Numbered from the stretch's first letter, positions 9,592 through 20,760 are shown. The stretch is DNA of 64,000 nt from Candidatus Latescibacterota bacterium (GCA_965205485.1 OZ242180.1:3936001-4000000); one strand, 5' to 3'. Notes: generated by a model not told the origin, from the sequence alone. Numbers and translations: made by a program.

Positions 9592-10425
9592 CTACGACTC
9601 GGGGTCCATCCACGGCGTCCAGTTGCCCAGGGACAGGGCGCCGTCGGCGACAATCGTCGAACCCGTGATGTAAGCCGCGGCGGGAGAACAAAGGAACAGC
9701 GTGATCGCCGCAATCTCGTCGGGATCCGCGAACCGGCCTGCAGGAACGTCGCGGAGCGCCATTGACTCGAAGTCTTCACTCTGAAGTGGTTTGAATTCGT
9801 GCTCCCGGAGGCCCGAGGTGTCCACAAAGCCCGGAGCGAGGGCGTTTATCCGCACGTGTTTTCCGGCGTAGTGGAAGCCCAGGGTTTTGGTCAGGTTGAC
9901 CACGCCCGCCCGAGCGGCCCCGGAATGGGCGAAGGGCGGCGCGCCCCGTTCGAGCGCATAGATGTGTACGATGTTGACGATGGATCCGTAACCGCTTGCG
10001 GCCATTATGGGTCCGAGGCGGCTGCACATGTTCCAGGTGCCGTTCAGGTTGAGATCGACAACCGCCCGCCATCCCCCGTCGGTGATCTCCTGCGGACGCG
10101 CCGGGAACTGGCCGCCCGCGTTGTTGACCAGGAATTCGATGGCATCGAATTCTGACAGGGCCTTCGAGACGAGATCCTCAACCTGTTCCACCTCCCGGAT
10201 ATTGACGGGCAGGGCCAGGCAGCGGGCGCCGATGTCCGCAATTTCCCGGGCCGCTGACGCGAGCGTTTCGGAATGGCGGCCGGCGATCACAACCTGTGCG
10301 CCCAGCCGCGCGAAAGCCAGGGCGATCCGTTTGCCGATGCCCCGTCCGCCGCCGGTTACGAGAGCGGTTTTCCCGGTGAAGAGGCCGGGTGCGAATACCG
10401 TAAGGGCTTCAGAGTCGGGTTTCAT
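9592..10425 (-). CDS. Short-chain dehydrogenase/reductase (2,4-dienoyl-CoA / trans-2-enoyl-CoA reductase-like)
   Basis: TGGGRGIG, NNAGGQF, HSGAARAG (His/Arg variant of YxxxK typical of the PECR subfamily), INALAPG. Confidence 0.88.
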   Translation of the reverse strand: MKPDSEALTVFAPGLFTGKTALVTGGGRGIGKRIALAFARLGAQVVIAGRHSETLASAAREIADIGARCLALPVNIREVEQVEDLVSKALSEFDAIEFLVNNAGGQFPARPQEITDGGWRAVVDLNLNGTWNMCSRLGPIMAASGYGSIVNIVHIYALERGAPPFAHSGAARAGVVNLTKTLGFHYAGKHVRINALAPGFVDTSGLREHEFKPLQSEDFESMALRDVPAGRFADPDEIAAITLFLCSPAAAYITGSTIVADGALSLGNWTPWMDPES

Positions 10426-10579
10426 CCGGCGTTCCTCCGGACGGAATGAAAGATGGGATGTGGGCGATCCGCAAGATACGCGATGATTGAGACAAATCCA
10501 ACGTCAAGTGCAATCTCCCGGCAAGTTGTCGCCATTCTTCCGCCGATTCATCCCGTCTCGCTGCGCTGTTTGCGCTGAG

Positions 10580-10785
10580 CATTTCGATACGTGGTCATTG
10601 AGCATGCTTGCATTGAGCTTGTCGAAATGACCGTGTTTCGTAACCTGTCTGGCGTTCTTCTACGTCATTCGCCGACCCTTCGACCCTTCGACAGGCTCAG
10701 GGACCACAAGCTCAGGGAGCGGCGCAGTTCGCGGGCACAGGTTCCTGAGCGTTGCCCTGAGACTGTCGACCGGCCTGACGAAGGA
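10580..10785. repeat. Two degenerate REP/MITE-like palindromic elements of the CCCTTCGACAGGCTCAGG...CCTGAGCTTGTCGAAGG type
   Basis: CATTTCGA...CATTGAGCTTGTCGAAATG (10580-10629), and nested CCCTTCGACCCTTCGACAGGCTCAGGG...CAAGCTCAGGG / CCTGAGC...CCCTGAGACTGTCGA...CGAAGG (10676-10785). Confidence 0.6.
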
Positions 10786-10911
10786 TGCGGCGCAGGGCCG
10801 CCTCGCCGTTAGACGGTTCCGGGTGCGTGAACCCGTCTGGTGCCCACGCTGTCGAACGTTTTGACGTGCTGATCAATCGCATTTATTCTACATCAACAAT
10901 TCGTTGTCATT

Positions 10912-10928
10912 CTGGCACGAACATTGCA
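10912..10928 (+). promoter_or_regulatory. Sigma-54 (-24/-12) promoter upstream of clpB
   Basis: CTGGCACG-AACA-TTGCA matches the TGGCACG-N4-TTGCW consensus exactly; preceded by an AT-rich tract; about 150 bp before the clpB ATG. Confidence 0.75.
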
Positions 10929-11077
10929 AGGGGTTTTTGTTGGCGACGTGCCTGCGATGCGCCGCAACAGGACGAATTGAGGAAATCAGTCGCCAGGCGG
11001 CGATCGGGGACGGGTACCTGACATATTTCGGAGGGTGTGGCGTTGGGATCCGCATCAAAGAGAATAGGAGGCCCATA

Positions 11078-13708
11078 ATGGACGTGAACAGACTGACACA
11101 GAAATCGCAGGAGGCGCTTCGGGACGCGCAGGCGCGGGCTTCGGGGTACGGGCACCCGGAGTTGGACGGGGAACACCTGCTCCTGGCGCTGCTGGAGCTA
11201 CCCGACGGCCTGTTCCCGCGTATTCTGGCGCGGATGGAAATCGATGTCGATAACCTGAAAACGGCCGTGGAGAGCGAACTTGCCCGACGACCCCGGCAGA
11301 CCGGCGGTAGCCACGATCCCGGCCGGATGTTCGTGACGCCGCGCCTCCGGAAGATGCTTCAGAGGGCCGAAGCAGAGGCGGGGCGGATGCAGGACGAATA
11401 CGTATCCGTGGAACACCTGGGGCTGGCGCTGCTGGGCGAAGGGCCGGATACCGCGGCCGGTCGGATCCTGCAGGAGTTCGACGTCGCGAAGGAGGCGTTC
11501 CTTGCCGCGTTGACCCGCGTAAGGGGCAATCAGCGCGTGACGAGCCCCGAACCGGAGACCGCCTACGAAGTGCTGGAAAAGTACGGTGTGGACCTGGTCG
11601 CGCAGGCCCGGGACGGAAAGCTGGATCCGGTGATCGGCCGTGACGCGGAAATCGGAAGGGTCGTGCGCATCCTGTCCCGAAAGACGAAGAACAACCCGGT
11701 CCTGATCGGGGAGCCCGGCGTCGGAAAGACCGCCGTCGTGGAAGGACTCGCCCAGCGGATCGTGAAACGTGACGTGCCCGAGTGGATGGTGGAGCGTACT
11801 GTGTTTTCGCTCGACATGGGCGCCTTGTTGGCAGGCGCGAAATTCCGCGGCGAGTTCGAGGAGCGTCTGAAGGCGGTCCTTAACGAGATTGCGCAGAGCG
11901 AGGGCCGCATTCTGCTGTTTATCGACGAGGTCCACAATATCGTCGGCGCCGGACGTACGGAAGGGTCCGCGGACGCGGGAAACATGCTCAAACCGATGCT
12001 GGCACGGGGGGAACTGCACTGCATCGGTGCGACGACGCTGGATGAATACCGGAAATACATCGAGAAAGACGCCGCCCTGGAGCGGCGGTTTCAACCCGTG
12101 ACGGTGGATGCGCCATCGGTGGAGGATACCGTTTCGATTCTCAGGGGGCTTCGCGAAAGGTACGAGTTGCACCACGGGGTGCGAATTCAGGACAACGCCC
12201 TGGTCAATGCCGCGGTGCTCTCCAACCGGTACGTATCGGACCGGTTTCTGCCCGACAAGGCGATCGACGTCGTCGACGAAGCCTGCGCAATGATCCGCAC
12301 CGAGATCGACTCCATGCCGGCGGGGCTGGACGAGGTCACCCGCAGGGTGATGAGACTTGAAATCGAGGAAGCGGCGCTGAGACAGGAGTCGGATCGAGGC
12401 AGCGCGCAGCGGCTCGAAGGCCTTCGCAAGGAGCTGGCCGACCTGAAGTCGCAAGCCGGCGCGATGCGGGCCCAGTGGGAATCCGAGAAGAAGGTGATCG
12501 ACACGGTTCGTAACCTTCGGGAACAGATCGAGGCTGTGCGTCGAGAAATCGACGACGCGGAACGGAAGTACGACCTGAACCGGTTGGCGGAGTTGAGTCA
12601 CGGCCGCCTGCCCGGTCTTGAGCAGTTGCTGGAAGCGGAAGAGGCGAGGTCGCACGGGAACGGACGGCTGCTCCGGGAAGAGGTGACCGCGGACGAGATC
12701 GCGGAAATCGTCTCACGCTGGACCGGGATCCCGGTCACGCGTCTGGTTGAAGGCGAACGGGAAAAGCTCCTCCGCCTGGACGAAATCCTGCATGAACGCG
12801 TCGTGGGTCAGGACGAGGCCGTGTCGCTGGTGGCCGATGCCGTGATCCGGGCCCGGGCGGGGGTCAAGGACCCTCGGCGGCCGATCGGTTCATTCATCTT
12901 TCTGGGTCCCACGGGTGTCGGCAAGACCGAGTTGGCCAGGGCGCTGGCGGAGGTGTTGTTCGACTCCGAAGACAATATGGTCCGCATCGACATGAGCGAA
13001 TATATGGAGAGGCACTCGGTTTCCCGCCTGGTCGGTGCGCCTCCTGGGTACGTGGGGTACGAGGACGGAGGACAGTTGACCGAGGCAGTGCGCCGCAAGC
13101 CCTATTCGGTGATTCTCTTCGACGAGATCGAGAAGGCCCACCACGATGCGTTCAACGTGCTGCTGCAAATCCTCGACGACGGGCGGTTGACCGACGCTCG
13201 GGGGCGAACGGTCGACTTCAAGAACGCCGTGATCATCATGACGTCCAATATCGGCGCTTCCCACATCGTCGATCGCGTTGCGGAAAGCGGGGAGGTCCAC
13301 GACGAGGCCCGCAGGGCCGTCATGGCGGAAATGAGGCGGCATTTCCGGCCGGAGTTTCTCAATCGCGTCGACGACATTGTCCTTTTCAAGGGTTTGACGC
13401 AGGCTGAGATTGCGAAGATCGTGGATCTGTTGACCGCCGATCTCCGCGAGCGCCTTCGGGATCGGCGGATCGAGCTGGAAATCACCGATGCCGCACGGAA
13501 GTTTGCCGCTCGCGAAGGATTCGATCCGGTCTACGGCGCGCGCCCCCTGAAACGGTATTTGCAGCGTGAGCTGGAAACGCGAATCGGACGGGGCCTCATC
13601 GGCGGAGAAATCCCCGACGGGGCGCGGGTTCGTGTGGATCTGGAAGATGGCGAACTTGCGCTACGCCAGGAGAATTCCACACAGGAACCGGCGGCGGCGG
13701 GCGGATAG
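11078..13708 (+). CDS. clpB: ATP-dependent chaperone ClpB
   Basis: Clp N-repeats, Walker A GEPGVGKT and [12 protein letters not shown] and LFDE Walker B, coiled-coil M-domain, GYVGY pore loop, no ClpP-binding IGF loop; RBS aggagg before ATG 11078. Confidence 0.97.
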   Translation: MDVNRLTQKSQEALRDAQARASGYGHPELDGEHLLLALLELPDGLFPRILARMEIDVDNLKTAVESELARRPRQTGGSHDPGRMFVTPRLRKMLQRAEAEAGRMQDEYVSVEHLGLALLGEGPDTAAGRILQEFDVAKEAFLAALTRVRGNQRVTSPEPETAYEVLEKYGVDLVAQARDGKLDPVIGRDAEIGRVVRILSRKTKNNPVLIGEPGVGKTAVVEGLAQRIVKRDVPEWMVERTVFSLDMGALLAGAKFRGEFEERLKAVLNEIAQSEGRILLFIDEVHNIVGAGRTEGSADAGNMLKPMLARGELHCIGATTLDEYRKYIEKDAALERRFQPVTVDAPSVEDTVSILRGLRERYELHHGVRIQDNALVNAAVLSNRYVSDRFLPDKAIDVVDEACAMIRTEIDSMPAGLDEVTRRVMRLEIEEAALRQESDRGSAQRLEGLRKELADLKSQAGAMRAQWESEKKVIDTVRNLREQIEAVRREIDDAERKYDLNRLAELSHGRLPGLEQLLEAEEARSHGNGRLLREEVTADEIAEIVSRWTGIPVTRLVEGEREKLLRLDEILHERVVGQDEAVSLVADAVIRARAGVKDPRRPIGSFIFLGPTGVGKTELARALAEVLFDSEDNMVRIDMSEYMERHSVSRLVGAPPGYVGYEDGGQLTEAVRRKPYSVILFDEIEKAHHDAFNVLLQILDDGRLTDARGRTVDFKNAVIIMTSNIGASHIVDRVAESGEVHDEARRAVMAEMRRHFRPEFLNRVDDIVLFKGLTQAEIAKIVDLLTADLRERLRDRRIELEITDAARKFAAREGFDPVYGARPLKRYLQRELETRIGRGLIGGEIPDGARVRVDLEDGELALRQENSTQEPAAAGG

Positions 13709-13730
13709 GCATTCTGCGCGGGCGGTTTCA

Positions 13731-13761
13731 GGCCCCTGTTTCCAATCTGGAAACAGGGGCC
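13731..13761 (+). terminator. Hairpin after clpB, probable terminator
   Basis: GGCCCCTGTTTCCA-ATC-TGGAAACAGGGGCC, perfect 14-bp stem followed by TTT. Confidence 0.65.
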
Positions 13762-13958
13762 TTTCCATTCTCTGTCCATTCGTTTGCGGGATACAGGCCG
13801 GCATGAATGGATGGCGAGAGAGAATTTCCTTGTGCCCAAAGTACGGAGATATATCTTCCGCTGCGGGGCGCGGGGCTGAAACCGACAGGAGAGGCGGGCG
13901 TCAAAGGAAGTGCCGGCAACCGGCCGTTTTTTTTCGGCCGTGACGCAGTTCAGTTTCA

Positions 13959-15740
13959 ATGGCTGACCGAACAGGATGGAGAGTATTGATTCTCCTCAGA
14001 ACCGTCTTCGTCGTGGTCTTTTTCGTGTTTCCCGGCGCCCTGTCCGCGCAGGATCCGGATTCCGTCATTGTAGATGCGGTTGCAATCGAAGGCAATCGTA
14101 CGATTTCCGACAAAGATCTCAAGCTCCTGATGTTTACGCGGGCGAACCCCTGGTACGAGATTTTTCCGGGCGTAGACGTCCGGCAGTTCGATCCCGCGGT
14201 GTTTCGATCCGATGTCGAACGCATCCTGGCGCGTTACGAAGACCAGGGCTATTTTGAGGCTGTCGTGGACACGGTCGTCGACCGGTACCGCCCCGGTTTC
14301 GTACGCATCCGGCTACGCATAAGCGAAGGAGAGCCTGTCGTCGTCTCCAGCGTCCGGCTGAAGGTCCTGCCGGGAGATGCCTGGCAGGACAGCACGCGAC
14401 TGCAGGCAGCGTTGATCACAAGAACGGACCGTCCACTGACCCGGATGAGCCGGGAGTCGGATCTAAAGAAGATCGCGGAGATACTTCAGAACGATGGGCA
14501 CCCCTTTGCCAGGGCTGCCGCTGACGTGGCCGTGCTTGACAAACGCGCCGACGTGACGTATCGGGTGACCCCCGGTCCGAAATGCCGGTTTGGAAAGATA
14601 GAGATTTCGGGAAACAGAACGGTTTCGGACGATCTGATCCTGAGGGGCCTGACCTTCAGGACAGGAGAAGCCTACCGCAGGAAGGACCTCTCGAACAGCC
14701 GGCTTCAGCTTTACCGGTCGGAGGCGTTCCGTTCGGTATCGCTCGGCATACCGGACACGGTCGCCCGTGCGAGTCCCGTGGATGTGTCCGTTCTGGTGCG
14801 GGAACGACCGGCCAGGAGTCTGAAACTGGGCGCCGGTTTCGATACCGAAGAGCAGTTGAGGGGATTGTTGGCATGGCGGCACCGGAGTTTTCTGGGCGGT
14901 GGCGCGCGCCAGCTGACTGCCGAATCTTCTGCGTCGGCACTGGAGGCGCGAGCGAGGATTGCCGTCAGGCAGCCATATATACTCGGAAGCAGGACGTGGC
15001 TGGAGATGACCGGATTCGTGGAGCAGGAACGACCCGAGGAGATCCGTGTGAAGCGGGCAGGAGCAAGCGCGGCGCTGGAACGTACCTTCCGGGCGACTGG
15101 ACGCGTCGTCTTTCAGGTGAGGACCGAGGTTGTTGATTTTGATCCGGACAGCACGCGCACGACGCTTTCGTTAGAGTACCTGGAAGACCGGCGGGACGAT
15201 TATTTCGATCCGACGCGGGGCCTGTTGGCTGAACTCGCGGTGAAGGCGTCGGGTTATAGAGACTATTTCAAAGTGTCGGGCGAGTGTCGCTGGTACAGAA
15301 AGATCCTCTGGAAGAGCGTGCTGGCCTTCAGGGTATCGGGGGGGACGATTCTAAGTCGGAGGCACGCGGATTCGATCCCAAATTTCGAGCGCTTTTTCGC
15401 GGGCGGCGCCAGCAGTGTAAGAGGATGGAGACTCAACAGGCTTGGGCCGCGCGGTGCTTCCGACCTGCCGGTGGGCGGCCTGAGCCATCTGGAAGGAAGC
15501 GTCGAAGTTCGTACCCGTCTGTTTTCCGGCCTGGGAATGGCCGTATTCACGGATGCCGGCAACGTGATGAGCGACAGGCTTGGAGCCTTCGATCCAGGCC
15601 GTTTGCGTGTGGCCGTCGGCGTCGGATTGCGTTATCTGAACCCAATCTGCCCTGCGCGTCTCGACGTCGCGTTCCGACTCTCCGACGATCCCTCACAGCC
15701 AGACCGTCAGATCCATTTCAGCCTGGGTCAGGCATTTTGA
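13959..15740 (+). CDS. tamA: Omp85-family outer membrane protein, TamA-like
   Basis: Signal peptide, three POTRA-like repeats (IEGN, ISGN), FFAGGASSVRGW, C-terminal HFSLGQAF; adjacent to tamB; alternative TTG start 13986. Confidence 0.85.
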   Translation: MADRTGWRVLILLRTVFVVVFFVFPGALSAQDPDSVIVDAVAIEGNRTISDKDLKLLMFTRANPWYEIFPGVDVRQFDPAVFRSDVERILARYEDQGYFEAVVDTVVDRYRPGFVRIRLRISEGEPVVVSSVRLKVLPGDAWQDSTRLQAALITRTDRPLTRMSRESDLKKIAEILQNDGHPFARAAADVAVLDKRADVTYRVTPGPKCRFGKIEISGNRTVSDDLILRGLTFRTGEAYRRKDLSNSRLQLYRSEAFRSVSLGIPDTVARASPVDVSVLVRERPARSLKLGAGFDTEEQLRGLLAWRHRSFLGGGARQLTAESSASALEARARIAVRQPYILGSRTWLEMTGFVEQERPEEIRVKRAGASAALERTFRATGRVVFQVRTEVVDFDPDSTRTTLSLEYLEDRRDDYFDPTRGLLAELAVKASGYRDYFKVSGECRWYRKILWKSVLAFRVSGGTILSRRHADSIPNFERFFAGGASSVRGWRLNRLGPRGASDLPVGGLSHLEGSVEVRTRLFSGLGMAVFTDAGNVMSDRLGAFDPGRLRVAVGVGLRYLNPICPARLDVAFRLSDDPSQPDRQIHFSLGQAF

Positions 15741-15809
15741 GTTGTCGCGAGAGGCGGGAATGAGGCCATACGCGCGCTTGAAGCAACTGTCGTCACACGC
15801 CGATACAGC

Positions 15810-18800
15810 ATGCCGGACAGGAGCCCCTTGGGACGCATAGTCAAAATAGCCGTTCTGCTCTCGGCCGTTGCGGTCGTGATCGTCGGAGTGGGTTTGCTCG
15901 CGCTGACAACGGGTCACGCGAACCCGTATCTGCGCGCTTACGTGCAGCAGCGGCTCGCCCGGGATCTGGGCGTGGCGGTGGATATCGGTCGACTGCACGG
16001 CAACCCGTTGAAAGGATTCCGGCTGGATCACGTGCGACTTGGCGCGGAACAGGATCCATTGGTCGTCGTGGATGCGGTAGAAGCCCGATATCGGCCTTCT
16101 GCGTTGTTGAGGCGAACGATTCTTGTCGACGAATTCCTGTTGACCGCCCCGAAGGTCCGGCTTACGGCAGGCGCGGCCGCCGCGGATTCTGCTTCCGGCC
16201 TGCTGCCTGAATCGGACCCGCAATGGTGGAAAAAGGGGCCAAAATGGGAGATCCACATCCGCCATGTGGAGGTCGTGGACGGCAGGATTGATCTGAATGG
16301 ACCCGGCAGAATCGACAGCCTTGATATGGCAATGGGACTTCGAGCCGGCCCGGCAGGTTACGAATTGGCGTTGCGCCGTTTGCGCTCCCTCGTTTTCGAT
16401 CCTCCGATCGTGATACGGGATCTGGCGGGTGTGACGCTGCTGGCGGATGGCAGGTTGACGCTCGCCGGGCTCCGGCTGCACACAGCGGGGTCCGGTGTCC
16501 GCATCGACGGAACGATGACCGGGTTGTCCCAACCCGCGTTTGACTTCATGCTGCGTGCGGATTCGCTCGCGTTTGACGAGTTGGGCCGTGTTCTTCCCGG
16601 TCCGTACCCGACGGGAAGCCTGGCCGCAGGCGGCAGGGTGTGGGGCGACGTGACCCGGGCGAACATGGACCTGAAACTCGACGACGGGTCAACCGTCTGC
16701 GCCCTATCAGGTCACGTCGACTTCTCGCAGGCCGACGTGGGTTATGACCTCCGCGCAGACGCGGCCGGGATCGACCTGATGCGGATCGCTCCCGGGTTCG
16801 GGATTGACGCGCGATTTGACGCGGCAGTTCGTCTATGGGGTCGCGGTCTGGATCCTTTCACTTCCGAAGCCTCCGTCAGCGCGGGACTTTCACGCGCCAT
16901 GCTCTCGGGCGTGGTCGTCGATACGGCAAGTCTGGCCGCGTCGCTCAGAAACGGCAGGGTTGGCATGGACCTCTCCGTGGAGGGGCCTGCCGGAGGCGTC
17001 ATCACAAAACTGTCGGTCGAACTGACGGAAGCGGAGCCGCTATATGAACTGAGCTTGCGGGTCGATCGTCTGGATCTGTCCGAATTTCCCGGGGCCGGCG
17101 CTCCGAAGACCCATCTGACCGGCGGAATCCGGCTTCAGCGTATGGATGCTGGGGTATGGCGCGGCGGGGCGGCGTTCGACGTCGCAAAAATCGAGGGGTT
17201 GCCCGCGGCAACAGGACTCGTCCTTCGCGGGTCGTTCCGTGAGGGTATGGTCAGATTCGATAGCTTAGGGGTGCGCTTGTCGGACGGATACGGCGTGGTC
17301 AGGGGACACGGCCGGATCGACCTCGGGCAGCTGTGGGTCTCCGGTGGGAAACAGCCAGCCTATATTGCGGGTCTGCGCGTGGACGGTGTTTCGGTGGATC
17401 GGCTACTGGGCCGACCGGGAATCCTGGAAGACGTGTCGCTTCAGATTGGAATTTCCGGCGCGGGATTGCATCCTGATTCAACGCAGGCCAGCGCGGACGT
17501 GATGCTGACCGCGTCGCGGTTTCTCGGCGGAAAACTGGATAGCGCGAGAGCGAGCCTGGTTCAACAGGGTCGCCGTACGATCGTGGATCGGCTGTTTCTG
17601 GCAGGTACCCGAGCGCGCATGGAAGGGAATGGCTGGATCGTCCCGGGTGACAGCCTGGACATCCGCGCGAAGGGTCGGGTCCACGATCTCAGTACACTTG
17701 ACAGTGTAATCGGTCAGGGACTTTCCGGATCGCCGGCTTCATTTTCGGCCGGCATCCGCGGCGCCTGGACGAAGCACCTTGTCACGGCGGACCTGCTGGC
17801 AGACAGCGTTCATTACCTGAGCATCCCGATCCATGGGGTCAAACTGGGAATGACGGGGCCGGAACTGCAACGGGGGGATTTGGAAGTCCGTGCGGATTCT
17901 CTAGTGTGGGGTGGACGTACGGTCTACGACGTGTCTGCGGACATTGGGCTGAATCGAGACGGGATTTCATTTGTCATGGGCAGCCGTCCGGACGAAATCG
18001 ATCAACTCCACCTCAGGGGCGGCGCAGCCTGGGCGGACAGTTTGTACGTCCTCGAGCTGGACTCCCTCGCGGTTGGCGTGGGCGGCGTGTCTCTGTCCAG
18101 CGATGGCGCCTCTCAAATAACGTACCGCCCCCGGGCAGGCGTGTTCGTGGAGCGTTTCCGCCTGGTCGGGGACGGCGGAGCGATACAGGCGCATGGACAC
18201 AGCGGCATTGGGGACGGTGTTGTTGTGAGTCTCATCGACGTGGACCTGGAGATCTGGTCCGGTTTTCTGCGGATGGCAGGCGAATTGAGCGGGATGCTTA
18301 CGGGTGCAATCGCGCTGTCCGGCACATTGGAGAACCCACATGTGAAAACAGAGTTTACGTTTCGCGACGGAGCCGTCGGGGGCGTCCGTCTGAACGAAGC
18401 ATCGGGAACCGCAGGATATCGAAACAATCGCACAACCGTGGACCTGAGACTGGTGCAGTCTCACGGACGGGAGGCTGTGGCGAACGGGCAGTTTCCCCTC
18501 GATCTGTCGTCAGGCGGTCCGGGTGATCTGTTTCCGCCGGGGCCCGTCGACCTGTCGTTGAAATCCGCGGGAGTCGATCTGAACTTCCTGCCCCACGTAT
18601 TCCCGGCCGTCCAGGACGCGCAGGGCACTCTGGCGGTCGACCTCACGGTGAAAGGGACGCCGAAGCGGCTTCTCAAGCGTGGATGGCTGACGCTGCGCGA
18701 CGGTAAAGCCCGGATCGTGCCTTTGAACACGGACTTTGACCAGGCAGAAGCGGATCTGAAGTTTGACGGGAACCGGATCGTACTCGATCGCTTCGAGACC

Positions 18801-19841
18801 GGCGGGAAGAAGACCAGGGTTACGCTGACTGGCGAGGTTGCATTGGACGGATTCGACGTGGAACGCTATGACCTTACGTTGAATGCGAACGAGTTCGAAG
18901 CGGTCGACCTGGCCTCGCTCAAAGCCACCCTCAATGCCCACCTTCAACTGAAGGGGGATCTTGAGGCGGGGCAGCTGGATGGCAGGGTAGCCTTGTCCCG
19001 TGCCGTTCTCAGGCTGTCCGACTTCATCGAATACCCGACCGACGTCGGCTGGATGTCGTCGCCGCTCTTTGAGAATCTGGTCTCCGACGTCCGGGTATCG
19101 GCTTCTCGAAACGTCTGGATCCGCGACCGGGAGTTGAACGTCGAGATCTCCGGGGACGTGGATTTGGTTAAGGACAAGGAGGGGATCAGGCTTTACGGGA
19201 CTCTCGACAGCAGACAGGGGCGGTACGAGTTTCAGAATACGAGCTTCGCGATCGACCGTGGAGAAATCAACTTCCGCGGCAGCGCCGACATCAACCCGGA
19301 TCTCTACATAATAGCAACCCGCAGGATCAGGTTGGTTTCCAATGAGAACGCGGTGATCAGCGTCGTCGTGGGGGGGACGCTCCTGGAACCCAGTATTTCC
19401 CTCGAAAGCGACACCACCCCGGCCATGGACGAATCGGACATCCTTTCGTACCTCTTGATCGGCAGGCCGGCCGACGACGTGTCCGGGTTGATGAGCGGGG
19501 AAGGCGGGGCCGGGAGCCGCCTGGAGGGTCAGGCCGCCGTCCTTGTGCTCGGCGTTGCTGCGAACCAGCTGAAGCGTTCGATCGGCCGGAGATTGAACCT
19601 TGACGTCGTGGAGATCGATCTGGGTCTTGGAACCTCGGCAACCCGGGTCCGGGCGGGTAAGTATTTCGGGTCCCGGTTCTTCGTCAGCTACGCGCAGGAC
19701 GTTTCCGAGGCGAGGGGCAGGGAGGTCGTGGTCGAATACGAACTGTTGCCAAACGTAACGCTGGAAGCGCAGCAGCGGGAGGGAAACGAGCGGGAACGGG
19801 ACCGGAGTTCACTCGGGATCTTCTGGAAGAAGGAGTGGTGA
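15810..19841 (+). CDS. tamB: Translocation/assembly module TamB (AsmA-like, DUF490 C-terminus)
   Basis: N-terminal TM anchor, long beta-rich repeats, C-terminal DUF490 features (GEINF.G..DINP.L.I.A, ESDILSYLLIG, AGKYF, VEYEL). Confidence 0.88.
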   Translation: MPDRSPLGRIVKIAVLLSAVAVVIVGVGLLALTTGHANPYLRAYVQQRLARDLGVAVDIGRLHGNPLKGFRLDHVRLGAEQDPLVVVDAVEARYRPSALLRRTILVDEFLLTAPKVRLTAGAAAADSASGLLPESDPQWWKKGPKWEIHIRHVEVVDGRIDLNGPGRIDSLDMAMGLRAGPAGYELALRRLRSLVFDPPIVIRDLAGVTLLADGRLTLAGLRLHTAGSGVRIDGTMTGLSQPAFDFMLRADSLAFDELGRVLPGPYPTGSLAAGGRVWGDVTRANMDLKLDDGSTVCALSGHVDFSQADVGYDLRADAAGIDLMRIAPGFGIDARFDAAVRLWGRGLDPFTSEASVSAGLSRAMLSGVVVDTASLAASLRNGRVGMDLSVEGPAGGVITKLSVELTEAEPLYELSLRVDRLDLSEFPGAGAPKTHLTGGIRLQRMDAGVWRGGAAFDVAKIEGLPAATGLVLRGSFREGMVRFDSLGVRLSDGYGVVRGHGRIDLGQLWVSGGKQPAYIAGLRVDGVSVDRLLGRPGILEDVSLQIGISGAGLHPDSTQASADVMLTASRFLGGKLDSARASLVQQGRRTIVDRLFLAGTRARMEGNGWIVPGDSLDIRAKGRVHDLSTLDSVIGQGLSGSPASFSAGIRGAWTKHLVTADLLADSVHYLSIPIHGVKLGMTGPELQRGDLEVRADSLVWGGRTVYDVSADIGLNRDGISFVMGSRPDEIDQLHLRGGAAWADSLYVLELDSLAVGVGGVSLSSDGASQITYRPRAGVFVERFRLVGDGGAIQAHGHSGIGDGVVVSLIDVDLEIWSGFLRMAGELSGMLTGAIALSGTLENPHVKTEFTFRDGAVGGVRLNEASGTAGYRNNRTTVDLRLVQSHGREAVANGQFPLDLSSGGPGDLFPPGPVDLSLKSAGVDLNFLPHVFPAVQDAQGTLAVDLTVKGTPKRLLKRGWLTLRDGKARIVPLNTDFDQAEADLKFDGNRIVLDRFETGGKKTRVTLTGEVALDGFDVERYDLTLNANEFEAVDLASLKATLNAHLQLKGDLEAGQLDGRVALSRAVLRLSDFIEYPTDVGWMSSPLFENLVSDVRVSASRNVWIRDRELNVEISGDVDLVKDKEGIRLYGTLDSRQGRYEFQNTSFAIDRGEINFRGSADINPDLYIIATRRIRLVSNENAVISVVVGGTLLEPSISLESDTTPAMDESDILSYLLIGRPADDVSGLMSGEGGAGSRLEGQAAVLVLGVAANQLKRSIGRRLNLDVVEIDLGLGTSATRVRAGKYFGSRFFVSYAQDVSEARGREVVVEYELLPNVTLEAQQREGNERERDRSSLGIFWKKEW

Positions 19842-19912
19842 ATCGCCCGTGGGTTTCGAAACAGGAATTCACCCGGTTGGATCTCGCAGGTCAATCATGG
19901 AGGGTGTACGTC

Positions 19913-20710
19913 ATGGACTTGAAAAATGCGAAGGAGCAGTATCAGGCGCAGGGCTATTTCATTGCGGATGACGCGGTCGATCCGGAGATGCTGGGACCGC
20001 TTCTGGACGCCACGCGACGGGTAAAGGCGAAGACGCGTACCCGGGAGGTGGACATCTACACCCACCGGACTCCGGAAGGAGAGCCATGGGCGATCAGGGG
20101 CTTGTTCGCTCCCGAATTCAACGAACCGGTTTTTGCGGAGTATCTGATGTCTCAACCGGTGATGCAATACGTAGAGCCGCTCCTGGGCGTCGATTTGCGC
20201 CTGGGCGGCGTGCTCATCTTCACATCTCCCCACGAAGTGGATTGGAGCGGCGGGTGGCACCGGGATTTTGGCGGCAACGAGCGGGACGGGTCCTACGAAG
20301 TGGAAATGGAAATACTCAACCGGCCGATGGTGTCGCTGAAGTGGCACCTGGCGCTGGTTGACGATTCCTGCCTGCAGTTGGTACCTGGCAGCCACCGGCG
20401 GTACCGTACGGATGAGGAGCGGGATCGCCTGTTGAAGAATCGGAACGCTGATATCTCAACGCAGGAAGTGATGCACCTGAAGGCGGGACAGACGATTTTC
20501 TGGAACGGCAATGCGGTTCATCGCGGGATCTACAAGACGAGGCCGGAGAGATTGACACTGGCCGGGAGCTGGAATAAACACAGTCCGGACGAGAAACCGC
20601 AGGAAACGGACGGGCGCGTGAAATGGATGCTCGCGGACAATGTGCGTGGGTTTCTGCCGGAGCGGATGCATACGGCGTATGACCGGTGGAGAGCATTGCA
20701 ACTGGGATGA
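19913..20710 (+). CDS. Phytanoyl-CoA dioxygenase (PhyH) family Fe(II)/2-oxoglutarate oxygenase
   Basis: WHRD, LQLVPGSH, VHRG triad; RBS ggagg before ATG 19913. Confidence 0.85.
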   Translation: MDLKNAKEQYQAQGYFIADDAVDPEMLGPLLDATRRVKAKTRTREVDIYTHRTPEGEPWAIRGLFAPEFNEPVFAEYLMSQPVMQYVEPLLGVDLRLGGVLIFTSPHEVDWSGGWHRDFGGNERDGSYEVEMEILNRPMVSLKWHLALVDDSCLQLVPGSHRRYRTDEERDRLLKNRNADISTQEVMHLKAGQTIFWNGNAVHRGIYKTRPERLTLAGSWNKHSPDEKPQETDGRVKWMLADNVRGFLPERMHTAYDRWRALQLG

Positions 20711-20760
20711 ATGCCGTCAATCTGTGTATGAACGCGAAGGAGACAAAAGGAGGGCAAAGC

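Noticed and set aside
11198..12655. 485-aa antisense ORF within clpB, and similar long antisense ORFs (28843..30057, 58147..59169, 62642..63643)
   Set aside because: Shadow frames of GC3-biased genes with no motifs; the last is antisense to the sulfatase
13720..13945. GGTTTCAGGCCC / GGGGCTGAAACC inverted pair around the clpB terminator as a MITE
   Set aside because: Only 12 bp with a mismatch and a single occurrence in the window
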